Below are positions 9,600 through 21,104 of a DNA stretch of 64,000 nucleotides, in pieces. Both the position numbers and the translations under genes were made by a program. Under the pieces are notes generated by a model, which saw only the letters and a program-made list of their open reading frames with translations, had not been told where the DNA came from and searched no databases. Source of the DNA: an uncultured delta proteobacterium (GTDB lineage: Bacteria > Myxococcota_A > Polyangia > Fen-1088); assembly GCA_963767925.1 (NCBI GenBank), contig CAVYGB010000002.1:704001-768000 (forward strand), given 5' to 3'. Numbering within the stretch: position 1 is the first letter of the stretch; every line of letters starts with the position of its first letter.

Positions 9600-10189
9600 A
9601 AGGGATCCTCCACGCAAAACCCGATTGTTAAAACCAGCGCGGAAACCCGGCCGCAGAACTCAGGCCGGTTGTCCCTGTCGAAGTCTCGCGTACCAATGGC
9701 GACCTCCGCCCCGGCGCCCAGGGACAGACCTCCGGTCACGCTGTTGCCACTATGGGTGAGGGTGCCCTCCGCCCCAACCAAGGTGGCCCCCAAGGAAACA
9801 TTTCGGCCGATACTTCCGTCCGGGTTGATGGAGCCGATGCTCGCTTTCGCGCTGAGAGCTTCCAGGGACAGGCTCTGACTTCGATCGCCGGTGTGAAGGT
9901 CCACGCGGGCAAAGATGGCCTGCGCCGTGGACTGACCGGAGCTCGTGGTGACGGACGCCGAGGCTATTTCCGAATCGACGTAGTCCAAGCCGCCACTCCG
10001 CAGGGCTAGCTCGGCGTCGATGCCGTCGGTGGTCACCTGCGCACTGGCTCGGGGTCCAGGGGCCTCGCTGGTGGATTTGGCCGCTGCCGGTTGAGGCTCG
10101 GGCGCGTCGAGCGCCGGAGGCTCGGGGTCCAGGGCGGTGGGGCAGGTGGCGGTAGAAGGATGAGATTGGAGGATTGGGCGGCTGCTCAT
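9596..10189 (-). CDS. Hypothetical Gly/Ser-rich beta protein with C-terminal Cys pair
   Basis: AGGAG RBS before ATG 10189; Pro-rich N-terminus; RDFDRDNRPEFC...GFCVEDPF. Confidence 0.7.
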   Translation of the reverse strand: MSSRPILQSHPSTATCPTALDPEPPALDAPEPQPAAAKSTSEAPGPRASAQVTTDGIDAELALRSGGLDYVDSEIASASVTTSSGQSTAQAIFARVDLHTGDRSQSLSLEALSAKASIGSINPDGSIGRNVSLGATLVGAEGTLTHSGNSVTGGLSLGAGAEVAIGTRDFDRDNRPEFCGRVSALVLTIGFCVEDPF

Positions 10190-10416
10190 CGCGGGCTCCT
10201 GGCCAAAGGGGGGAGGCGCTGGTCGTGGGAAAGGTACTACGCCCCTGCGCAGCGCACGATGATATTTCGTTGCACGCCAGATGGAGTCGGGGCAACAGGA
10301 GTCCTGGCTCATCCGAGCGGACGGCGACACGACAGCGGCTAGAGACCGTCGCGGCACCCGGAACGGGGGTCGGAGGGTAGCGGGGCGCTTCCGCGCGGGT
10401 GGGGGTGAGCGCGGGG

Positions 10417-11173
10417 TTAGCGAGCGGGGTCTTCCAGGCCGGCGAGGGCTTCCTGGATGGCGAGGCGGACGGTGGGGTCGGGCTCTTGCTGGAGGGCTGC
10501 GCGGAGGGGGGGACGGCCTCCTCCTGGCCGAGGTCCTTCACGGCGTCGGCGGCGACCAGGCGGACGTCGGGGCGGCCGGCGCGCAGGAGGGTCAGCGCGG
10601 TCGCGAGGGTCTCGTCGGCCCGGCGCTGGGCGAGCTCCTCGAGGACCTCGGCTTGCAGCCAGGGATCGGTCGAGGTGGCGGCGCTGCGGGCCAGGTCTGC
10701 GGCGGGGGTTCTGGACAGGTCGGGCGGTGGTGGTGGGGGATCGGCGGTGGCGGGCGGCATCTCGTCGCGCGGGTCGTCGCTGCCGGCGCGCGCGGAGGCG
10801 GCGGGCTCCAGGGGTGTTGCTTCGGTCCGATCCTGCCGGGTCTCCATCCCCGTCGTCGCGGTCCGGTCCTGCCGGGGTCGACGCGCGCCAGGTCATGCCC
10901 CTGCGCCCAGCGCGCGGCTTCGCCCCAGCGCTCGCCGGGGGGATGCGGCTCCGCGCTCCGCTGATCCGTGGCCTCCGCCATCACGAAACCCGACTGCGTC
11001 TCCATGGCGCTCTCCTCTCCCGGCCCGGAGGTGCGCAGCAGCCAACCCCCAACCGCAATTCCCGCCACCAGCGCGCCGGCCAGGCCGAATGCGGCGCACT
11101 GGAAGGTCCTGGTGGCTCCCCCGCGCGGGGTAGCCACCCAGCGTCCGGGGGTCACCTCGCGCGCGATGGCCAC
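10417..11173 (-). pseudogene. HEAT-repeat membrane-anchored protein, frameshifted
   Basis: TM in one frame, RPDVRLVAADAVKDLG in a second, LQQEPDPTVRLAIQEAL* in a third; one shift lies at the G-run near 10506-10512. Confidence 0.55.
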
Positions 11174-11249
11174 GCCCGACCTGCCAGCCACCGCGCGCCT
11201 GGACGGGCCCGAGCGAAGCGAGGGGACCCGACTACTTCGAAGACAGTCT

Positions 11250-11616
11250 CTAGTAGCCACCGAGCGCGGCGCGGGCGAGCTTGAAGAAGACGTCGGTGTT
11301 GCGTTGTACGCCGACGAACTGGCGGTGGATGCCCTGGATGGTGCTGAAGGCGGAGATGGGGATGTCGGCGGCGGTGTGGACGGCGTTGGTGCGGCCGATG
11401 GCCTGGCCGCGGATGAAGAAGCCGCGGCTGCGGTCGAAGACGCGGTCGACGGGCTCGGGGAAGTAGCCCCTGGCGCCGAGCTCGGTCTTGATGTCGGCGG
11501 ACAGCAGGCTGTCGGTGATCGGCAGGGGGCGGGTCAGCCAGGTCTCGTAGCGGTCGGCGTTGCCGCCGAAGCCGATGAGGAGCTTGCCGTCGAGGTCCAT
11601 GCTCTCGGGGTAGCCG
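11250..11616 (-). pseudogene. Alkaline phosphatase, C-terminal fragment
   Basis: GYPESMDLDGKLLIGFGGNADRYE...VHTAADIPISAF...FVGVQRNTDVFFKL; the upstream part is missing. Confidence 0.75.
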
Positions 11617-11891
11617 TGCCACGCGGGTATGCGACGTTGCAGGACCAGCTTCGGCGCGCGCTGTTGTCGGCATACCTGGGCATCGCCGAGGCATCCAGCC
11701 GAACGGGCGCCGACAGGATCTCACGGTTCCGCACCGCCAGAGGCGAAGCGTCCGAGGCGGCAGCCGCCTTGGAGGCGGTTGCAATCCTGGGACTTGCTCC
11801 CGATACCGAGATCGAAGCGGTGATGTCTCTGCTCGACCGGCTGTGCGCGATGCTCACTCGGCTCGCCGGCATGCACCGCCACCAACCCTGA
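11617..11891 (+). pseudogene. Four helix bundle protein (23S rRNA IVP-like), N-terminally truncated
   Basis: LQDQLRRALLSAYLGIAEA...RFRTARGEASEAAAAL...LDRLCAMLTRL. Confidence 0.85.
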
Positions 11892-11913
11892 TGACTGCCG
11901 CGGCTGTCGTGGT

Positions 11914-12085
11914 CGTGCTCGTGTGCGAGCCCGTGTTCGAGTTCGTGTCCGTGTGTGGTGAGCGTGTTCGGCCCGCGGGCCTCGGCTCGCGTGATTTACG
12001 CGCACCGAGAGCCGCCTGGCCGCTCAACGCTCGCCCCACACGAACTCGAACACGAACACGCGCTCGAACACGCCCACGAGCACGC
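11914..12085. repeat. Long imperfect inverted repeat built from GTGCTC/GTGTTC-like hexamers
   Basis: Left arm CGTGCTCGTGTGCGAGCCCGTGTTCGAGTTCGTG pairs with right arm CACGAACTCGAACACG...CACGAGCACG. Confidence 0.8.
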
Positions 12086-12171
12086 GTCCCGGCCTCGATA
12101 CCTCGTTTCGCCCATCGGCGCAAATTCTCCACAGGTTTCAGCGGCTGGCTCTAAGTCGAGGCGGGCACGGT

Positions 12172-12578
12172 TCATCGGACATCCCCTTTCCTGATGAGCT
12201 GGAGGTTCCCCGCGCCGGACGGCCGGGTCGGTCCGGTCGCGGGCTGCGGGTCGAGGGTGATCTGGAGAAAATGGGTGCGGCCCTGCTCGTCGACCTGGCG
12301 CCCGAGGGAGAGTCGGCCGACGACCTCGACGAGGCCGGGGACGTGCGGGACGCGGTGGCCGCTGGCCGAGGGGACGACGACGCGGATCGCGCTCGGCGGC
12401 AGGTCGGCGGTGCCGCCGCCCGCCTCATCGCAATGCACGGGCCGCGGCGTGAAAACGAAGCTCCGGCGGGGGGATCGTCCATCGTGGCCATGAAGCCCCG
12501 CATCCGCACGCGCGAGCCGTCGAGCGCGCGCAGACGGGCCGAAGGGGTCAACGTCGCGGTGCCGGAGGTGAGCACCTC
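12172..12578 (-). pseudogene. Conserved hypothetical (DUF3299-like) fragment, frameshifted and 5'-truncated
   Basis: LRALDGSRVRMRGFMA then a shift to PRPVHCDEAGGGTADLPP...VEVVGRLSLG. Confidence 0.5.
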
Positions 12579-13637
12579 GTGAAAGCCGAGTACCGTCTGG
12601 GCAACGCCCGCCCGGGCCAGGGCAACAAGCAGATCGCGATCAAGGGCGGCCGCCGGCTGCTGTTTCGGGGCCTCGACCAGGAGGGCGGGGGGCACTTCTT
12701 CTACCTGCTGACCGACTGCGAAGACCTGACCATGGCGGGGCTGCAGCTCGAGGACGGGCGCGACGGCATCGACCTGGTCGGCGTGCGCCGGGCCGACCTG
12801 CACGACCTGCGCATCCTCGACTGCGGCGACGACACAATCGCCCTCAAGAGCGATTTTTCCACCGGCAAGCGCCTGCTGAGCGAGGACATCCGCGTGCGCG
12901 ACAGCGTCGTCGAGAGCGGCTGCAACGGCCTGCAGTTCGGATCGGAGACGGCCGGCGACTTCCGGCGGGTGCGCTTCTCGCGCATCCAGGTCCTGCGCAG
13001 CGGCAAGGCCGGCATCGGCATCCAGACCAACGACGGCGGCGTGATCGAGGACGTCGTCTTCGAGGACATCACCATCCGGCGGGCGGCCAACCCGATCTTC
13101 ATCAACACGACCCGCCGGCTGCGCACGCCCGAGCAGGTCGCGCCCGGGCGGGTCCGCAACATCGTCATCCGCAACGTGACCGCGGTCGAGGTGGTGCAGA
13201 GCCACCGGGCCGAGCCGGCCAACGCCGCCACCATCAGCGGCCTGCCCGAGTCCCCCCACGAGAACATCCTCCTCGAGAACGTGACCATCACCTACAAGGG
13301 CGGGGGCAAGCTCGAGGACGCCAGCGCGGTGCCCCCCTACCCCACCAACTACAACCCCCGCCAGCTCGGGCCCCGCCCGGCCTACGGCTTCTTCGTGCGC
13401 CACGTGCGCGGCCTGACCTTCCGGAACGTCAAGGTCTCCTTCGAGGCGCCCGATCCGCGCCCCGCCATCGCGGTGTCCGACGTGAGCACCCTGCTGCTCG
13501 ACCGGGTGACCGCGGCGCGCGCGCCCGACGCGACCTTGCCCGCCCTGCGCCTGCAGGCGGTGCGCGACCTGACGATACGCGACTCCACCCCCTGGCCGAC
13601 CCTGCAGCAGGCCTCGCTGGTCGAGGCGGGCTACTGA
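12579..13637 (+). CDS. GH28/pectin lyase-like beta-helix protein, probably lacking its N-terminus
   Basis: DGIDL, GDDTIALKSD, CNGLQFGSET, PAYGFFVRHV; no signal peptide or RBS. Confidence 0.8.
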   Translation: MKAEYRLGNARPGQGNKQIAIKGGRRLLFRGLDQEGGGHFFYLLTDCEDLTMAGLQLEDGRDGIDLVGVRRADLHDLRILDCGDDTIALKSDFSTGKRLLSEDIRVRDSVVESGCNGLQFGSETAGDFRRVRFSRIQVLRSGKAGIGIQTNDGGVIEDVVFEDITIRRAANPIFINTTRRLRTPEQVAPGRVRNIVIRNVTAVEVVQSHRAEPANAATISGLPESPHENILLENVTITYKGGGKLEDASAVPPYPTNYNPRQLGPRPAYGFFVRHVRGLTFRNVKVSFEAPDPRPAIAVSDVSTLLLDRVTAARAPDATLPALRLQAVRDLTIRDSTPWPTLQQASLVEAGY

Positions 13638-13720
13638 GGCGTCCGGACTTGACGCGCGGGCGGCGGCGGGGGCTGATGGGGGCGGTTTTTCCGGCGGGGA
13701 ATCGCCGAGGAGGTCCGGTC

Positions 13721-15187
13721 ATGGCGTTCGCGAACCGTCTGGGATCGAAGGTGGCGCAGCTCGGGCTGGTGGCGGCGCTGGCCTGTGGCAAGCCGGTGGT
13801 CGAGCCGGCGGTGCCCGGGGCGGCGGGGACGGGACCAGGCGGCGCGATGTCACCGGGGGGCGGCGCGGGCGCGGCGCCGGGAGGGCCCAGCTTCGGGCTC
13901 CCCGATCCCGCCGACGCCGGGGCGTCCGACGGCGGGGCCGGCGCGGTGGTGCCGCCCGCGCCCGGCGAACAGTGTGCGGAGGACGTGCAGAAGGCCAACC
14001 TGGTGCCGGTGGATCTGCTGCTGCTGCTCGACGCCTCCGGCTCGATGGCCGAGAAGGTTGGCGCGCGCACCCGCTGGGAGCTGGCCCGCGACGCGCTGGC
14101 GGCGTTCGTGAAGGACGGCCGCTCGGCCGGGCTGGGCGTGGGGGTGCAGCTCTTCCCGCTGCACACCCAGACCTGTCAGGACGACGGGACCTGTTTCCTG
14201 CCCTCGCCGGGCGGCTGCCGCGTGTTCTCGGCCTGCCTGGCGCCCGGCGCGGCGCTGGCGTCGGGGCTGGCCTGCGGCGCCCCCGGCGACGACGCCTGCT
14301 TGGCCGGCACGACCTGCACGCCGCTCGGGCGCTGCAGCCTCAGCGGCGGCGACTGTGTGGCCCAGGGTCAGCCCTGCGCCAGCGGGGTGGCCGGCGACGT
14401 GTGCGGGGCGCGGCCCCGGCAGTGCCGGCTGGGACCCAGCGCGCGCGGGAGCTGCAGCGCCGCCGACTACCAGGCGCCGACCGTGCCGGTGCTGGAGCTG
14501 CCCGCGGGCGCCGACCGGGTGGTCGGCGCGATGGAGACCCGCCTGCCGATCGGGGCGACCCAGCTCGGCGTGGCGCTGCAGGGCGCGCTTTCCCACCTGC
14601 GCGCGCGCGTGCAGGCCAACCCCGGCCGCCGGGCCGTGCTGGTCATCATCAGCGACGGCCTGCCCCAGGGCTGCGTCGTCTCGAACGACGTGGCGCCCGC
14701 CCTGCTGGCCGCCCGCAACGCCGTCCCGCCGATCTCGACCTACATGGTCGGCGTGTTCGGCGACAACGAGCCGCCCGAGGTGCGGGCCACGGTCGAGCGC
14801 TTCGCCCAGGCCGGCGGCACCGGCGCCGCCATCCTGGTCACCCCGAACGATCAGCTCGCCGAGAAGTTCCTGGCCGCGCTCGACACCATCCGCGGCGCCG
14901 CCATCCCCTGCGAGCTACCGATCCCCCCACCCCGCACCGGCGCGATCGACTTCTCCCGGGTCAACGTCCGCGTCGGCTCGACGTCAGCCCCCAACGACCT
15001 CGTCTACGTCACCTCCGCCGACCGCTGCGCCACCACGCCGGACGGCTGGTACTACGACCTCCCCCCGGGCCCCGGCAGCGCCCCCACCCGCGTCCACCTC
15101 TGCCCCGCCATCTGCGCCCGCCTGAAGGCCGACCCCATGGCCACCCTGGAGCTCCGCTTCGGCTGCCGCTCCCGCACCATCGATTGA
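13721..15187 (+). CDS. Cys-rich VWA domain lipoprotein
   Basis: GAGGAGG RBS, lipobox ALAC, MIDAS motif DASGSM, VIISDGLP, Cys-rich insert, GWYYD...LRFGC. Confidence 0.88.
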   Translation: MAFANRLGSKVAQLGLVAALACGKPVVEPAVPGAAGTGPGGAMSPGGGAGAAPGGPSFGLPDPADAGASDGGAGAVVPPAPGEQCAEDVQKANLVPVDLLLLLDASGSMAEKVGARTRWELARDALAAFVKDGRSAGLGVGVQLFPLHTQTCQDDGTCFLPSPGGCRVFSACLAPGAALASGLACGAPGDDACLAGTTCTPLGRCSLSGGDCVAQGQPCASGVAGDVCGARPRQCRLGPSARGSCSAADYQAPTVPVLELPAGADRVVGAMETRLPIGATQLGVALQGALSHLRARVQANPGRRAVLVIISDGLPQGCVVSNDVAPALLAARNAVPPISTYMVGVFGDNEPPEVRATVERFAQAGGTGAAILVTPNDQLAEKFLAALDTIRGAAIPCELPIPPPRTGAIDFSRVNVRVGSTSAPNDLVYVTSADRCATTPDGWYYDLPPGPGSAPTRVHLCPAICARLKADPMATLELRFGCRSRTID

Positions 15188-15216
15188 TGGGCCCGGGCCC
15201 GTCGCCACGCCGGAGG

Positions 15217-15387
15217 CCCCTGCCCCCTCCCTCTCCCCGCTGACACGGGGCGAGGGCGAACGATCACCAAGGTGCCCCCATCGTCCTCGCGGGCGGCGAT
15301 CCAGGTCGGATTCGCCCGTGATTTCCGCCCCCCTCGTTGCCCGTTCGCCCTCGCCCCGCGGAGCGGGGAGAGGGAAGGGGTGAGGGG
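15217..15387. repeat. Inverted pair of CCCTCTCCC/GGGAGAGGG REP-like palindromes
   Basis: 15217-15262 and 15342-15387 are near reverse complements, located between convergent genes. Confidence 0.8.
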
Positions 15388-15411
15388 TCTGCGGGCAAAC
15401 TGTTCGATGTT

Positions 15412-16569
15412 CTAGGGGCGGCGGGAGTGAAGGCAGCGCGACAGGACGAGGCCGAGCAGAAGGAACAGCGCGAACGGCGACCCTGAGGCCCGGCCGCCGG
15501 TCCGACAGCCGCAACCGCCGTCCGATGCGGGCGCGGTGCCAGGCATGCCCGGGCCCCCACCGCCCGCGCCAGCGGTGCCCCTGCCGCCGGCACCCCCCGA
15601 TTCCCCGCCCGCGCCAGCGACCCCTCCTCCCGCCCCACCCGACTCGCCGCCCGCGCCACCGCTACCGCCCGCGCCACCGCTACCGCCTGCGCCGCCGCTA
15701 CCACCTGCGCCGCCGCTACCACCTGCGCCGCCGCTACCACCTGCGCCGCCACCGCCAGCTCCACCACCGCCGCCTGCGCCCCCGCCGGACCCGCCGCCAC
15801 CACCCGCGCCGTCGCTGCCGGCGTCCGGGTCGCCGCCACCGGCGTCGGTGGCGGCGGGGGCCCCGCCGGAGCCGTCGGGAACACCGCCGTCGCTGGGGGG
15901 CGGGGGCGTGCCGTCGCGGAAGTGCTTGACGTTGCGCCACTCCACCTTGGCCGAGCCGGTGCGGAGCGTGCCGTAGCAGCCGTATTTGTGGTACCAGCCG
16001 TCGTTGCCGGCGTTCGTCGCCTCGCCGTCGCCGGTGGCCAGGAGCTGGCCGTTGATGTACGTGCGCACGGTGTTGGCGCCGATGTCGTGGATGACGTTGA
16101 CCTTGATCCAGGTGCCGTGGATGTTCTGGGCCAGCACGAGGGAGCCGGGCACCTTGCGGAGGGTGCCGCCGCCGTCGGCGTAGGCGCGGATCATCTGGGT
16201 GGTGGCGCCGGAGTTGCCCCCGAAGATCTGCATGACGCTCTCGTCGTTGGTGGGCGGCGAGACCCGCACCTCACCCTCGAACTGCCGGCGACCCATGAGA
16301 TAGGTGTTCTGCATGCGCCGCTCGGCGCGGTTGCTGATCGGGTCGTGCAGGGCGAAGGTCTCGATGCCGTCGAGGTTGCTGAAGCTGGCCCCCTCGTTGC
16401 GCAGCTCGGTCGAGCCGCCGGGATACGACTCGATGCCCGCCGAGCCGTCGAGCTGGATGCTCGAGGAGGGCTGATAGGCCACCCAGCCGTCCCCCACCTG
16501 GGCGCGCGCGGCGCCGGCGGCGGTGAGGACGAGCAGACCGATGACGACCAGGGCGAACGAGCGATGCAT
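15412..16569 (-). CDS. Surface protein with a PL7/alginate-lyase-2-like domain and MYXO-CTERM-like anchor
   Basis: Signal peptide, RAERR, MQIFGG, YHKYGCYG, Gly-rich linker, GCGC + TM + basic tail. Confidence 0.7.
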   Translation of the reverse strand: MHRSFALVVIGLLVLTAAGAARAQVGDGWVAYQPSSSIQLDGSAGIESYPGGSTELRNEGASFSNLDGIETFALHDPISNRAERRMQNTYLMGRRQFEGEVRVSPPTNDESVMQIFGGNSGATTQMIRAYADGGGTLRKVPGSLVLAQNIHGTWIKVNVIHDIGANTVRTYINGQLLATGDGEATNAGNDGWYHKYGCYGTLRTGSAKVEWRNVKHFRDGTPPPPSDGGVPDGSGGAPAATDAGGGDPDAGSDGAGGGGGSGGGAGGGGGAGGGGAGGSGGAGGSGGAGGSGGAGGSGGAGGSGGAGGESGGAGGGVAGAGGESGGAGGRGTAGAGGGGPGMPGTAPASDGGCGCRTGGRASGSPFALFLLLGLVLSRCLHSRRP

Positions 16570-16929
16570 GTCCCCTCTTGCCGGATGCCGGGCGGTTTTC
16601 TTCAGGCGAAGGTCCGGGGCCCGCGATTGACCCGCTGACCCGAGAAACCGTTTTTTGACACGACCGTACGTCCCCCGGGGGATTGATTGTCGAAAAGTTG
16701 CCCCTCGCGACCGGTTCCCGGCACTGACCACCGGAAACAGGGGGTCTGGAACCACCATGCCACGAACCGACTGAGACCAGCACCCCCCTGGCCGGCTGGA
16801 GCCACCGCCTGCAGCTCGGCATCCGCTACCGCTTCGGCGGCTGAACCCGCCCGCCCGGCGAGGCCCGCGCGCCCAACCCGGCGCCAAATCGGCAGCCGCC
16901 CGCTCCGGCGACGTCGCGCGGCCCGCCGG

Positions 16930-18387
<1,458 letters not shown>

Positions 18388-19087
18388 GTGTTGTACCTCA
18401 GGCGCAATCCGCAACAACCCAGTTGTAACGTCGACCGCCTTTGCCGCGACCGGCAGTACGCGGGTCGAACGCCTCGGTTTCAGCGACGAAAAAAAAACGC
18501 GATCGCGCGTGACGGAGACGCTGGCTCGATGGCTATAGCTACTTCGATTGTCGACTGCCTGCGGACCGGTGGCGGGCATCGAGGTGATCGCCCTGGAGGC
18601 CGTGGACCAGCGGTGCGCCATCCGGAGCGGCGAGCACACGGTCGCGGAGGGCCGCTTCACCTTCGCAGCCTGCCGCCTGGCCACTACCTGGCGCGGCCTG
18701 GGTTGGTGGTGCAGGGCAGATCGCCGACGCCTCGGGACCGGTGATGGGCGAGGTCGATCTGATGAGCTACGCGGGGTATCGCTCCGAGCGAACCGCAACG
18801 GAGGGGCTCCCCGCTGCCTGGGCTGCCGCGACTCGAGCGCATCGAGCTTCACGCGCGGGGGCTCGACGAGACGGCCGGGCGGGTCGACGTCGAGCAGGAG
18901 GTGCGACCCGCGGAGCAGGCACGCCGGGGGGGGGCCGTCGAACTGGGAACCCCGGCTGACGCCCGTCAGGCGGTGAATCGACAAGCGGTGGCGCGCGGTG
19001 ACGGACGCCCGCCGTCCTTGGCAACGATCGAGAACTCTGGTCTAAGTAACCTGATCGAAACAGCCAACGGACGAGGAGGGTTTTGCG

Positions 19088-19513
19088 ATGGCCGACGAGA
19101 AGCTGGATCGCCTGAAGCTCAAGTACCAGACGGTGCTCAACACCATCACCCGACTGGGTGTGCAGTTGCAGAACCTGCACGTGCAGGAGGACAAGCTGGT
19201 CATCCGCGGCCACGCCAAGACCAAGGTCGAGAGCAACCAGATCTGGGAGCAGATCAAGCTCGTCGACGCCAACTACGCCAGCGATCTGCTGGCGCAGTTC
19301 ACCTTCGACTCCGAGGGCGCCGCCGCGCCGGCCCCGGCCGCCCCGCCCCCGACGCGCACCCACACCGTGGCCAAGGGCGAGACGCTGTCCGAGATCGCCC
19401 AGCAGGTTTACGGCAAGGCCAGCGACTACAAGCGCATCTTCGAGGCCAACCGCGACCAGCTCTCGGATCCCGACAAGATCCGGGTGGGCCAGGTCCTCAA
19501 GATCCCGACCTGA
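19088..19513 (+). CDS. BON-like plus LysM peptidoglycan-binding protein
   Basis: HTVAKGETLSEIA...IFEANRDQLSDPDKIRVGQVLKIP; GAGGAGG RBS. Confidence 0.92.
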   Translation: MADEKLDRLKLKYQTVLNTITRLGVQLQNLHVQEDKLVIRGHAKTKVESNQIWEQIKLVDANYASDLLAQFTFDSEGAAAPAPAAPPPTRTHTVAKGETLSEIAQQVYGKASDYKRIFEANRDQLSDPDKIRVGQVLKIPT

Positions 19514-19539
19514 CAGCGCGCGACCACGAGGAGACATCC

Positions 19540-19983
19540 ATGGGATTGCTCGACGGGATCTTGAAAGACGTCGTGGGGGGCCTGATCGCGGGCCGTACCG
19601 GCGGTGGCGCGGGCACCGGCACCGGCGCGCAGACCCAGCCCTCGCTGCTGCTGCTGGTCTTCCAGCTCATTCAGCAGAGCGGCGGGCTGCAGGCCATCCT
19701 GGAGCGCCTCAAGCAGGCGGGCCTCACCCAGCAGGCCAACTCCTGGGTCTCGACGGGGGACAACCTGCCGGTCTCCGGAGCGCAGATCAATCAGGCGCTC
19801 GGCCCGGACATGCTGGGCCAGCTCGGGGCGGGGACGGGCCTCAGCCAGGATCAGCTCGGCGACGCCATCGCCCAGCTCCTGCCGAACCTGGTCAACGAGA
19901 TGACGCCCGAGGGCCAGGTCCCGGACAACCACCAGGACCTGGTCAGCGGCGGCCTCGCCGCCCTGCTCGGCGGCTCTCGCTAG
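19540..19983 (+). CDS. YidB/DUF937 family protein
   Basis: MGLLDGIL, SWVSTGDNLPVS, LLPNLVNEMTPEGQVP. Confidence 0.9.
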   Translation: MGLLDGILKDVVGGLIAGRTGGGAGTGTGAQTQPSLLLLVFQLIQQSGGLQAILERLKQAGLTQQANSWVSTGDNLPVSGAQINQALGPDMLGQLGAGTGLSQDQLGDAIAQLLPNLVNEMTPEGQVPDNHQDLVSGGLAALLGGSR

Positions 19984-20042
19984 CCCCTCGCCGTTTCGGC
20001 CAGGCGAACGAGGTCATTTCTCCCCCTGCAGAGCGCCGCGCC

Positions 20043-20128
20043 GGGTGAGGGGCGGCCCGGGTCGGCAAATGCCCCTCACCCTTCCCTCTCCCTACGGTCC
20101 GCAGACGGCCGCGGGGAGAGGGCAAACG
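20043..20128. repeat. REP-like element, same family as 15217-15387
   Basis: GCCCCTCACCCTTCCCTCTCCC...GGGGAGAGGGCAAACG. Confidence 0.7.
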
Positions 20129-20148
20129 GGCAGCGCCGGAGGCGCGGG

Positions 20149-20487
20149 TCAGTGGGTGGCGGGCTTCGGGCTGGGAGCGGGGGGAAGGGGGGCGGCGGCC
20201 TTCTCGGCGGGGGCGCCTTTGACCTCCACCGTGGTGGCGGTCATGCGGTATTCGATCGTCACCTTGGATCCGACCTTCAGCTCGCCCTTCACCTTCGTCT
20301 CGGGCGCGCGGGCCAGCTCCCACTTCTCCTTGCCTTTCTGCACGACGATGAGGTCGTCGGTCAGCTCGAGGACGGGGCCGGTGACCTGATAGGTCTTCGG
20401 TGCGGCGGCCAGGGCAACGACCGCCGAGATCGACAGAATGGCGGCGAAACCGAGGCAAATGCGTTGCTTCATCGGCGGCAGGTTCAT
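20149..20487 (-). CDS. Small secreted hypothetical protein (beta-rich)
   Basis: GGAGG RBS, signal peptide, KTYQVTGPVLELTDDLIVVQKGKEKWE. Confidence 0.8.
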   Translation of the reverse strand: MNLPPMKQRICLGFAAILSISAVVALAAAPKTYQVTGPVLELTDDLIVVQKGKEKWELARAPETKVKGELKVGSKVTIEYRMTATTVEVKGAPAEKAAAPLPPAPSPKPATH

Positions 20488-20643
20488 GAAAGCCCTCCAG
20501 GTTCGAGTTGCGAGTGGCAGCGGCATAATAGCCACGACGCGATTCTCTGGTTGGCCGATGTCCGGGGCGGGCCGATACTGCCGGCCCACGGAGCACGATT
20601 TTCCTGTCGGGCTGCGTGGTGAACCAACTCGGAGGGAACCAGC

Positions 20644-20895
20644 ATGAGCATCGTGTGGACACTCATCGTCGGTCTGGTGGTCGGTTTCGTGGCCAAGCTG
20701 CTGATGCCCGGGCGGGACCCGGGGGGCTTCATCATCACGATGTTGCTGGGCGTGGCCGGATCGTTCCTGGCGGCCTACGGCGGTCGCGCGGCCGGCCTGT
20801 ACAAGGTGGGCGAGACGCCGGGCTTCATCATGTCCGTCCTCGGCGCCATCGTCCTGCTGTTCATCTACCGCCTCATCAAGCGGCGCACCGCCTGA
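20644..20895 (+). CDS. GlsB/YeaQ/YmgE family membrane protein
   Basis: LIVGLVVGFVAKLLMPGRDPGG...SVLGAIVLL. Confidence 0.93.
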   Translation: MSIVWTLIVGLVVGFVAKLLMPGRDPGGFIITMLLGVAGSFLAAYGGRAAGLYKVGETPGFIMSVLGAIVLLFIYRLIKRRTA

Positions 20896-21104
20896 GCAGG
20901 CGCCGGCTCCCCCTGGCGACCGGGCCGCGGTTTGCGCCGGGCCACCAGGGGGACCTTCCTCCGCGGACAGGCGTCCGCGCCCCGTCCGGATCTGTCCGCC
21001 CGGACGCGGTCGATCGCCGCGAAACGGCTGATCCCCGCCCTCGCCGCTGATGCGCGGATCGGCCCGGTCCTTGCGATGTCCTCCCTCCGGAGGCCCGAAG
21101 GACC

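Noticed and set aside
11617..11891. Diversity-generating retroelement (Avd-like gene, DUF1566 targets in the window)
   Set aside because: No reverse transcriptase and no TR/VR pair with adenine-specific differences seen.
15595..15800. 18-bp tandem repeats (similar ones at 45530-45670 and 62090-62240)
   Set aside because: They encode ordinary Gly/Ser/Ala/Pro linkers.
18548..18700. Possible carboxypeptidase-regulatory-like domain fragment (EGRFTF..LPPGHY)
   Set aside because: Too short and frameshifted to call.
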